Of a stretch of DNA of 64,000 nucleotides, positions 1 to 8,797 are shown piece by piece; within the stretch, counting starts at the first letter, position 1; every line of letters begins with the position of its first letter. The notes under the pieces were generated by a model, which was not told the DNA's origin, did no database searches, and was given only the letters and a program-made list of their open reading frames with translations. The DNA comes from Acidobacteriota bacterium. GTDB lineage: Bacteria; Acidobacteriota; UBA890; WLXD01. The position numbers were made by a program, and so were the translations under genes. The stretch spans positions 4,288,001 to 4,352,000 of the forward strand of contig CBDFKD010000002.1 in the NCBI GenBank assembly GCA_965248695.1, given 5' to 3'.

Positions 1-2
1 GC

Positions 3-1118
3 TATCCCGACGTCAGTCAGTGGCTGGCCTCTGGAGGTGGCGGGGGAGGTGGCGACGACGGTGGTGGTGGAGGTGGCGACGACGGTGGTGGTGGCGGGGG
101 TGGCGACGACGGCGGTGGTGGTGGCGGGGGTGGCGACGACGGCGGTGGTGGTGGCGGGGGCGATGACGGCGGCGGCGGCACAACGACGCCAGATGCCCCG
201 TTGACGTTTGCAGTGTCGGTATCGGGGTCGTTGGCGAATTTCAGCTGGACCCCGGCCGCGACCGTGAGCTCTGGCGCAACACGGGCCGGTGGCGTGCCGA
301 CATCGTTCGTTCTCGAGATCGGTACATCACCGGGAGCCGTCGACGTCGAGAATACCGACGTGGGCAATACCAATTCCGCGTCGGCCACGCTCGACGACGG
401 CACCTACTACGCGCGCGTTCGTGCGTCGAACGATGCCGGCCCGAGCGATACCTCGAACGAGGAGACGTTCACCGTCGATGGCTCTGGCAACCCGACGGTG
501 TGTACCGCGGTGCCGGGCGCACCCACGACGCTCACCAACTCGGTGGCTGGATCGACCGTGATGCTCAACTGGAGCTCTCCGGGCGACGGCGCCAATGCTC
601 CGACGTCGTACCTGCTCGAGGCGGGTACCGCCCCAGGGCTCGCTAATCTAGTGAGCTCCAACCAGGGCAATACGACGTCGCTTACGGCCCACAATGTCGG
701 CAAGGGCACCTACTACGTACGGGTGCGGGCGGTGAACGAATGTGGCACCGGTGACCCTTCTGCCGACACCGTAGTAGTTGTCGGTGGCGGTGCTGCCTGC
801 ACGGCGGCGCCAGGAGCTCCCAGCGCACTGATGGCGACCGTCTCCGGATCGACCGTCCGTCTCACCTGGAGTGCGCCAACGAGCACGAGCTCCGGGTCGC
901 AGAGCTTGTTTCCGCGTGCCAATGAGCCGACGACGTTTATCGTGCAGGCGGGTTCCGCCCCGGGCCTGTCCAACCTCGCGAACGCGAATCTGAACAGCAT
1001 CGCCCCGTCACTGACAGCGGTAGGAGTTGGGCCCGGCACTTACTACGTACGAATCTTGGGACGGAACTCATGTGGCACCGGGCGAGCGTCGAACGAGATC
1101 GTGGTCAACGTAAACTGA
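3..1118 (+). CDS. C-terminal part of a secreted S1 (lysyl endopeptidase-like) protease with a Gly/Asp linker and three FN3-like repeats; 5' end lies outside the window
   Basis: Frame +3 is open from base 3. It begins YPDVSQWLA, matching the protease-domain end SYPSVSQYLG of the next gene, then a G/D linker, then three repeats of W...Y/FxLExGTxPGxxN/D...GTYYxRVRAxN. The ORF-track start at 201 is internal. Confidence 0.8.
   Translation, partial: YPDVSQWLASGGGGGGGDDGGGGGGDDGGGGGGGDDGGGGGGGGDDGGGGGGGDDGGGGTTTPDAPLTFAVSVSGSLANFSWTPAATVSSGATRAGGVPTSFVLEIGTSPGAVDVENTDVGNTNSASATLDDGTYYARVRASNDAGPSDTSNEETFTVDGSGNPTVCTAVPGAPTTLTNSVAGSTVMLNWSSPGDGANAPTSYLLEAGTAPGLANLVSSNQGNTTSLTAHNVGKGTYYVRVRAVNECGTGDPSADTVVVVGGGAACTAAPGAPSALMATVSGSTVRLTWSAPTSTSSGSQSLFPRANEPTTFIVQAGSAPGLSNLANANLNSIAPSLTAVGVGPGTYYVRILGRNSCGTGRASNEIVVNVN
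33..179 (+). repeat. Tandem repeat encoding a (Gly6-8-Asp-Asp)x5 linker
   Basis: Reads G7DD-G6DD-G7DD-G8DD-G7DD-G4. Bases 91-120 and 121-150 are an exact 30-bp tandem pair. Confidence 0.9.
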
Positions 1119-1173
1119 TGAACCGCACCGCGATCCCGTTGCTGGGGCCGCGGTCACACGGAGAGAAAGAGCA

Positions 1174-3306
1174 ATGAGAGTTGTCCTTACCGCACGATCG
1201 ACTGCTTCGAACGGCGGGCGTTGGCACCGAGTGCCCAGAAGAGGACTGCGAATCCGGGTCGCGGTGACCTCAAGCAGGCTAGGTTCGTCCGCCGCCTTGG
1301 GGCTAGCGTCGTTGTGGCTCTTGGTCCCGGGAGCGCACGCTCAGTCGATCAGTGAGCAGAGCCAGAGGGTTCCCGGCGAGGTCTATGCCGGCGAGCCGGT
1401 CAAGGAGATCGCAGCGGTGTCTGCGGCAATGTTGCGAGGTCGGTTCGACGGTGCTGCGAGCTCGTTCCGCGTTGAGCTGGAGCCGCTGCCGGAGTCGGAG
1501 CGCCGCGCACTGGTGACTGGTAACGCGAAGCCGGGCGCGCCACTGCAGATCGGAATCGAACGCGTAGTGCCATCGCGGTTTCGGGGCCCGATTCGGAATA
1601 GCGAACTGGATTGGCGGGGGACCCCCGACGGAGGGTTTGTGGCGACGTTCGTCGTGAGGTCGCCAAACGCGGTCGCCACTCGGTTGGCGCTCAACATGTC
1701 GAACGTTCCGCCCGGTGCTCAAGTCAGGTTCTTTAGCGTGGCGCAACCACAGCAGAGTTTCGGGCCATTCGGCCGCGACGACTTCCAGGCGCACTCGCGT
1801 GCCACAACGGACGCCAATGGCAGCTCCGATCTGTACTGGTCGCCAGTGGTGGGTGGCGACGCTCTCGGCGTAGAGGTGTACGTGCGGCGTCAGGTCCAGC
1901 GTGACCGCGTCGAGTTGTCGATCGAACGAGTTGCACACCTGTTCTACTCACCGAAGTACTCAGCCCCGGCGGATATCGTCGACGTCAAGGTATCGCAGGC
2001 GTGTGAGATCGACCTCGCCTGCAGCGCCAACTGGCAGACGGCCGGCGACGCCGTGGCGCGGATGGTCTTTCAGGATGGCGGTACGTTTATGTGCACCGGG
2101 CAGCTGATGAGCGACAGCGATTCTGGCAGCACGATCCCGTACTTCAGCACCGCGACTCATTGCATCGGCAACCAGGGAGCCGCCAACTCCATCGACTTTT
2201 TCTGGTTTGACCAGCGCACCGCCTGCGGTGGCGGTGGCACGACCACCCAGCAAACATCTGGCGGCGGTGACCTGCTTTTCGCCTCCGATACCGACACGGG
2301 CACCGATTTCGCGTTCTTGCGCCTGAACCAATCTCCGCCGGGCGGCGTCAGCCTCCTTGGTTGGGATAGCGGTTTGGCCGGTCTCGGCAGCGCGATCACC
2401 GGCATCCATCATCCCGCCGGCGACGTCAAGAAGATCAGCTAGGGCACGCTCAACGGACGCTCGCCGTGGACAAACCAGGGCGCCGATAGTCACCTGGTGG
2501 TGAACTGGAACTCCGGAGTAACCGAAGGCGGCAGCAGCGGATCGGTGCTTTTCGAGGGTAGTTCGTGGCCTAACCAGTTGCTTGTTGGCGTCTTGACTGG
2601 CGGTAGCTCCTTCTGTAGCGCCCCGAACGATCCCGACTTGTACGGTCGATTCGACCTCAGCTACCCATCCGTCAGCCAGTATCTGGGGTCCGGTGGCGGT
2701 GGGAACGGCCCCAACGCGCCAACGAATATGAGCAACGTGGTCACTCCCGACGGTAACGGTACCTTTCAGGTCGTTTTGAGCTGGGTTGCGCCGGCGACGA
2801 TCAGCGTCGAAGGGGCTAGCGCGGCGGCCTCCTACATCCTCGAAGCAGACGTGGTGTCGGGAGGCAAGGGCCTGGTGGACTCCAACGTAGGCAACGTCAC
2901 CTCGCTCACGGCAACCCAGGTGCCCAACAATACCTACTACGCCCGCGTGCGGGCGGTGGATGCCAACGGCCAGATAGGTGATGCTTCCAATCAGACTACG
3001 ATCGTCGGGAATGGCGGCGGTTGCACGGCTGCGCCTGGCGCTTTCACCGCCTCGAGCACCGTCAACGGCAGCACCGCAACGGTCAACTGGACCGCCCCAC
3101 CGGGAGGCTCGAACGCCGCTACAACCTATTTCCTCCAGGCCGGCTCGTTCGCTGGAGGAATGGATCTGGTCCCGAAGTTCGATCTCGGCAGCGCCAACAC
3201 GAGCTTGGTGGCCACCGGAGTAGCGCCTGGCACCTATTACGTAACCCTCTTTGCCGCGAACCAATGCGGTCAAACGGCGGCGGCCGAGATCAGCATCATA
3301 GTTTAG
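1174..3306 (+). pseudogene. Secreted lysyl endopeptidase-like S1 serine protease plus two FN3-like repeats, interrupted by an in-frame TAG at 2440-2442
   Basis: ORFs 1174..2442 and 2497..3306 share a frame. Signal-peptide-like segment ends ...VPGAHA. Triad motifs TATHC, DTGTDFAFLRL and EGGSSGS are present, plus IHHPAGDVKKIS and DLYGRF as in the Achromobacter protease I family. The stop separates His/Asp from the catalytic Ser. Confidence 0.8.
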
Positions 3307-3360
3307 TGCTCATCGCTTGGCTGATGATCGAGATCGGCTGGCGCGGCGCCTTCTACTACC

Positions 3361-3832
3361 GCGATCACCGGGAGCCACGACCCAGCCGGTGACGTCTAGA
3401 AGATCAGCCACGGGACGCTGAACGGCCGCCAGCCGTGGTGGGCGCAGAGCTACAACAGTCACCTGTTGGTCAACTGGAACTCCCTGTACGGTCGGTTTGA
3501 TCTGAGCTACTCGAACGTGAGCCAATGGCTGGCGGGTGGTGGCGGCGGTGATAACGGATCGACCGTGGTCCTGAATTGGAGCCCGCCCGCAAACGCCGTC
3601 AGCAGCAGTTTGCTCGGCTCCGTCACACGCGCCAACGAACCGACGACCTACATCGTTCAGGCGGGCTCGGGCTCCGGTCTCTCCGACCTCGCGAACAGCG
3701 ACCTGAACGGCACCCACACCCTCGCTGACAGCCGGCGGTGTCGAGCCCGGCACATACTATGTGCGAGTGCTGGCGCGGAACGCATGTGGGACCGGACCGG
3801 CGTCCAACGAGATCGCGGTGGTAGTGAACTGA
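3361..3832 (+). pseudogene. Degenerate remnant of an S1 protease-FN3 paralog
   Basis: Reads AITGSHDPAGDV*KISHGTLNGR...VNWNS|LYGRFDLSYSNVSQWLAGGGGG then one FN3 repeat. Lesions: TAG at 3397, loss of the 41 codons carrying GSSGS, and a frameshift near 3720. The FN3 frame ends at TGA 3830-3832. Confidence 0.8.
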
Positions 3833-3914
3833 ACTGGAGGCGCAACGGGTCTTGCGCGCTGGTGTAAACGGTGGTCCGAGGTTGACGGATAGGTGGCGCG
3901 ACGGAGGACGGGCT

Positions 3915-6380
3915 TTGGTCTCGCCTCGTCACCGGCGCCGGCTAGTGGCCATTGTGATGTTGACGTTGCTCGCGGCGCTCCAGCCGGTGTCCGTGAGGGC
4001 CGATCTGGCGCCGCGCTGGACCGACCGGGAGCTAGTGGGCTTCGCCAAGGTGATCGTTACCGGCAAGGTGACGCGAATCGCCACGCGCCGGGATACCGCC
4101 GTAGATGCGATCTACACCTACGTGACCGTCGAGCTCGACGAGGTCGTCAAGGGCGAACTGCGCCGCAAGCGCATTACGCTCAAGCAGCTCGGCGGACGCG
4201 TCGGCGACCGGACGCTTCTGGTCGCCGGGCAGGCCCGGTTCGAGCTGGAAGACGAGGTGCTGCTTTTTCTCGAAACGAGGCCTCGAGACGCGACGCTCTA
4301 CACGTCCGCGTTCTGGCAAGGCAAATGGAACATCGAGCAGGATCCGACGACGGGCGAGCGGGTTGCTTTTCGCGACATGCCGACCGGCGTCACGCAGCGA
4401 GCCACCGTTCCCAGCGACACCCGCGCGCTCGACCCGTTCCTTGCCACGCTCCGCAGCCTGACGAGTGAGCTGCCGGGGTGGGCGGCCACCCCGATTCGCT
4501 TCAACCCCGGTGAGGCCGCGAGCGCGGTTGCAGATCCCATCGATCCGCTCGGTTTCGGCCTGTTCGGGCCTGGACGCTGGCACGAAGCCGACAGTGCAAC
4601 ACCCGTGTTGATCGATACGCATAGCCTCGGTCAGACCGGACTGGCAGGGTTGGGGGGAGCGGAGATCGCCGCGGCGCGCGGCGCATGGAACGGCAACAGC
4701 TCGCTTGTTCTCGGTGGTGGCGGTTCGACCGGGTTCGGCTGCTTCGGTGATTCGCGCGGTGGTGATGGGCGCATCCGGATCTCGTTCATGGACCCCTGTG
4801 GTGAGATGGACGATTCCGGCGGCACTCTGGCGGCGGCAACGTTCTGGTTCACGTCCGGCCAAGACAAGGTGGTCAACGGCACCACGTTCGTGAAGATGAT
4901 CACCGGCACGGTGATCAACAACAACAGTGCCAGCGCGTTGGCCTACCTCACGAATTCTTCCTGTTTCTACATTATCCAAGTGCACGAGCTCGGCCACGCG
5001 ATTGGTCTCGGTCATTCGGGCGACTCGGGCGCGATCATGTACCCCTTCATCTCCGGCGCCTGCTTCGGCGGCAACCTACCTCTCGGGGGCGACGACATCG
5101 CCGGAGTACAGTTCATCTATCCGACCGAGTCGCCGCCTCCTCCGCCGACGCCGGAATCACCGGGCTCGCCCACGGGAATGGCGACCGTAGTATCGGACAC
5201 GACTGCGACGCATACCTGGTTGGCGCCCGAGGCGTTCGAGACCGTTCTGAATGCCGGCGTGGCGACCTCGTACGTCTTGCAGATTGGCACTGCCAGCGGG
5301 TTGAGCGACGTGTTCAACACCGACGTGGGCAATACCACCACGGCCACTACCACCCACGTTCCGGGCACGTACTTCGCCCGCGTTGTTGCGAAGAACAATG
5401 CTGGGTCGAGCGACCCGTCCAATGAGACGACCTTCGTCATCTCGGCCCCCGACGTCTGTAGTGCTGCGCCGGCGGCGCCGCCCACGATGACCAATACCGT
5501 CGACGGGTCGTCGGTAGCGATCAGCTGGACATCGCCCGGGGGCGGGGTAAATGAGCCGACGTCTTATCTGCTCGAGGCTGGTACCGCGAGCGGGCTGGCC
5601 GATCTGCTCAATGCGGACCAGGGGAATACGACCTCGGTGACCGTAGCCGACGTTGGCGACGGTACGTACTACCTGAGGGCGCGCGCGGTGAACGAGTGCG
5701 GCACCAGCATTGCCTCATCGGAAACGGTGGCTACCGTCGGCAGCGGCGGACCGGGTACCTGCTCGGCGGCGCCGGGCGCTCCGGCAACGCTGACCGGCAA
5801 CGTCACCGGTTCGACAATCACCCTCAACTGGTCGGCCTCGACCGGTGCCAATGCCGCGACCTCTTATCGACTCGAAGTCGGGAGCGCTGCCGGGCAGTCG
5901 GATGTTCTCAACAGCGATCAAGGCAACACGACGTCGTTGATCGCCAGCGGCGTCGGGGCCGGGACCTACTTCATTCGCGTTCGCGCGGCGAACGCCTGCG
6001 CCGTCAGCGGGCCGTCGCCGGAGGTCGTTGTCGGAGTGGGTGGCGGAGGAACCTGCACAACGCCGCCGGGTGAGCCAACGGGCCTGAGCGGGTCTGCCAA
6101 CGGCTCGACCGTTACATTGAGCTGGACGGCTCCGGTCGCAACGGGTCTCGGTGCCGGCGGCGCGGATCGCGTTCTTGCCGCCAACGAGCCGACGACGTAC
6201 CTCCTGCATGTGGGGTCGGCGCCGGGACAGACCGATCTCGGACAGATGGATCTGGGATCTGCGGCGACGTCGCTGGTGGCACACGGCGTTGGTGCGGCCA
6301 CGTATCATGTGCGAGTCTTGGGCCGGAACGCATGCGGAGCTGGTCCAGCCTCCAATGCGGCCACCGTCACGGTGCAGTGA
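3915..6380 (+). CDS. Secreted matrixin-like (M10, metzincin) zinc metalloprotease with N-terminal pro-domain and four FN3-like repeats
   Basis: HELGHAIGLGHS zinc motif and Met-turn AIMYP. TTG start at 3915 lies 7 nt after GGAGG and is followed by a signal peptide (RHRRR, hydrophobic core, VRA). Pro-rich linker, then four FN3 repeats. Confidence 0.88.
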   Translation: MVSPRHRRRLVAIVMLTLLAALQPVSVRADLAPRWTDRELVGFAKVIVTGKVTRIATRRDTAVDAIYTYVTVELDEVVKGELRRKRITLKQLGGRVGDRTLLVAGQARFELEDEVLLFLETRPRDATLYTSAFWQGKWNIEQDPTTGERVAFRDMPTGVTQRATVPSDTRALDPFLATLRSLTSELPGWAATPIRFNPGEAASAVADPIDPLGFGLFGPGRWHEADSATPVLIDTHSLGQTGLAGLGGAEIAAARGAWNGNSSLVLGGGGSTGFGCFGDSRGGDGRIRISFMDPCGEMDDSGGTLAAATFWFTSGQDKVVNGTTFVKMITGTVINNNSASALAYLTNSSCFYIIQVHELGHAIGLGHSGDSGAIMYPFISGACFGGNLPLGGDDIAGVQFIYPTESPPPPPTPESPGSPTGMATVVSDTTATHTWLAPEAFETVLNAGVATSYVLQIGTASGLSDVFNTDVGNTTTATTTHVPGTYFARVVAKNNAGSSDPSNETTFVISAPDVCSAAPAAPPTMTNTVDGSSVAISWTSPGGGVNEPTSYLLEAGTASGLADLLNADQGNTTSVTVADVGDGTYYLRARAVNECGTSIASSETVATVGSGGPGTCSAAPGAPATLTGNVTGSTITLNWSASTGANAATSYRLEVGSAAGQSDVLNSDQGNTTSLIASGVGAGTYFIRVRAANACAVSGPSPEVVVGVGGGGTCTTPPGEPTGLSGSANGSTVTLSWTAPVATGLGAGGADRVLAANEPTTYLLHVGSAPGQTDLGQMDLGSAATSLVAHGVGAATYHVRVLGRNACGAGPASNAATVTVQ

Positions 6381-6422
6381 CTTGCGAGCACGATTCCTAC
6401 GTCTCGACCAAGCGAGGAAAGC

Positions 6423-8797
6423 ATGACGTCTGCGGCAGTTTCGTCGAGCAACGGCAAGAGCTGTTTGGCAGTGATGCGCCACCGTACCGCAGTGCGCGCG
6501 GTGGTGGGCGGGCTGGTTTTCGCCTTGGCCATTGCTTACGGCGTGCCCGCTGTGGCAGATATCGCCCCGCTATGGTCGGATGGCGAGCTGGTTCGGTACT
6601 CGAGGGTCGTTCTCACCGGCGAAGTCACCCGCGTGACCTCTCGCTGGGACGACGCTGTCGACGGCATCTACACCTATGTAACGGTGCGCGTCGAGGAGGT
6701 TCTCAAGGGGAACGTGCCGCGTCGCCGCATTACCCTGAAGCAGCTCGGTGGGCACGCCAGGGGGCAGACACTTCGGGTGGCGGGGCAGCCGACGTTCAAC
6801 GTTGGTGAGCGTGTACTCCTGTTTCTCGAGCTGCGTCCGCGCGACAACACCCTGTACACGACAGCCCACTGGCAAGGCAAATGGCGCATCGAGCGGGATA
6901 GCGACACCGGAGCACAGCGTGCCTTGCGCACGGTTCCGGGAGACACGGCGCAGTTACGAATTGACGACCCAGAGACGCGCCCCTTGGCGGGGTTTCTGCG
7001 AACGCTAAGGGCACGTGCGGGGGCCGAGGCCGAGAACAAGGGAGCCGCACCCGTGATTCGCTTCACGCCGCCGGAGTTGTCGGAGGGCAACAGCGATCCG
7101 ATTGACTACGACCCGCTCGACTACACCCTCTTCGGGCCAGGATTTTGGCCCGTGTTCCCTGACCTTGACATACATGCCGCTGGACAGGGCGGATTGGCGG
7201 GCGGCGGTTTCAATGAGCTCGGTGCCGCCCGCGGGGCAATAAACGCAGCCGGATCGGCGCTGAGTATCGGTGCCGGCGCGAACAACGTCGCAGCTGGTTG
7301 TTTCGTGTACTCCTGTTTCTCGAGCTGCGTCCGCGCGACAACACCCTGTACACGACAGCCCACTGGCAAGGCAAATGGCGCATCGAGCGGGATAGCGACA
7401 CCGGAGCACAGCGTGCCTTGCGCACGGTTCCGGGAGACACGGCGCAGTTACGAATTGACGACCCAGAGACGCGCCCCTTGGCGGGGTTTCTGCGAACGCT
7501 AAGGGCACGTGCGGGGGCCGAGGCCGAGAACAAGGGAGCCGCACCCGTGATTCGCTTCACGCCGCCGGAGTTGTCGGAGGGCAACAGCGATCCGATTGAC
7601 TACGACCCGCTCGACTACACCCTCTTCGGGCCAGGATTTTGGCCCGTGTTCCCTGACCTTGACATACATGCCGCTGGACAGGGCGGATTGGCGGGCGGCG
7701 GTTTCAATGAGCTCGGTGCCGCCCGCGGGGCAATAAACGCAGCCGGATCGGCGCTGAGTATCGGTGCCGGCGCGAACAACGTCGCAGCTGGTTGTTTCGC
7801 TGTTAACCGGGGAGACGGGAACATCCGTGTCTCCTTCGGGGACGTATGCCAGGAGATGGACAACTCCGGCGGCACGTTGGCGGCAGCCACGTTCTGGCAT
7901 AACGGTCAGACAACGGTCGTCAACGGCACGACTTTCCTGCACATGATCACCGGCACGGTGATGAATAACGACAGCGCCAACGCGTTGCCGTTCCTTACCA
8001 ACTCGACGTGTTTCTACATTATTCAGGTGCACGAGATCTTGCACGCGGTCGGTATGGGTCACAGTGCCGATCCGAATGCTGTCATGTTCCCGAGCATCAG
8101 CAACTCGTGTTTCAACACGCAGATTCCGCTCGATGCCGACGACATAGCTGGCCTGGTGTTCATTTACCCGGGTGGCGGCGGCGGCGGTGGGAACGGTCCC
8201 CCCAACGCGCCGACGAATATCAACAACGTGGTCACTCCCAACGGCAACGGTACCTTTGACGTCGTTATCAGCTGGGATGCGCCGGCGACGATCAGTGTCG
8301 AAGGGGCTAGCGCGGCGGCCTCTTACATCTTCGAAGCAGACGTGACGGCTACCGGCAAGGCGCTGGTGGACACCAACATCGGCAACGTCACCTCGCTCTC
8401 GGCAAGCGACGTCCCCAACAATACCTACTACGCCCGCGTGCGGGGAGTGGATGCCCTCGGCAACCCAGGTGTGGCTTCCGGAACGACTACCATCATTGGG
8501 AATGCCGGCGGTTGCACGGCTGCGCCTGCCGCTCCGACCAATGTCTCGTTCACCGCCAACAACGGGACGGTAACGATCGACTGGACCGACGCGTCGGGAG
8601 GCGTGAACGCCGCGACCACCTTTTTCGTCGAGGCCGGTGCGGCCAGTGGAGGATCCGAGCTGGCCAATAGCAGGCTGGGCCTCACCACCCGGCTGGTGGC
8701 CAACGGAGTTGGGGCCGGCACCTACTTCGTGCGCATAGTTGCGGGGAACCTCTGCGATACGACGGACGGGCCCGAGATCATCATCGTAGTTTCTTGA
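6423..8797 (+). pseudogene. Second matrixin-like metalloprotease plus two FN3-like repeats, frameshifted by an internal 494-bp tandem duplication
   Basis: N-half (6423..) is paralogous to the 3915 gene. C-half (..8797) has HEILHAVGMGHS and AVMFP. Removing one 494-bp copy restores a single 626-aa frame. Confidence 0.82.
6810..7797. repeat. Exact tandem duplication of 494 bp (6810-7303 / 7304-7797)
   Basis: Both copies start cgtgtactcctgtttctcgag and end gcagctggttgttt. No difference was seen by eye. A CG microhomology sits at the junctions (6810, 7304, 7798). Confidence 0.93.

Noticed and set aside
33-179. Short repeats as a CRISPR array
   Set aside because: They are in-frame coding repeats without unique spacers, and no cas genes are present.
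17-403. Proline-rich minus-strand ORF (PPPPSS repeats)
   Set aside because: It is the antisense shadow of the Gly/Asp linker; the plus frame has clear protease-end and FN3 motifs.
2440-3399. Genome-wide TAG reassignment or pyrrolysine decoding
   Set aside because: TAG is the normal terminator of tuf, rplK, rplA, rplL, rplB and others in this window, and no pyl genes or suppressor tRNA are visible.
6810-7797. Diversity-generating retroelement TR/VR pair
   Set aside because: The copies appear identical with no adenine-specific mismatches, are directly adjacent, and there is no reverse transcriptase in the window.
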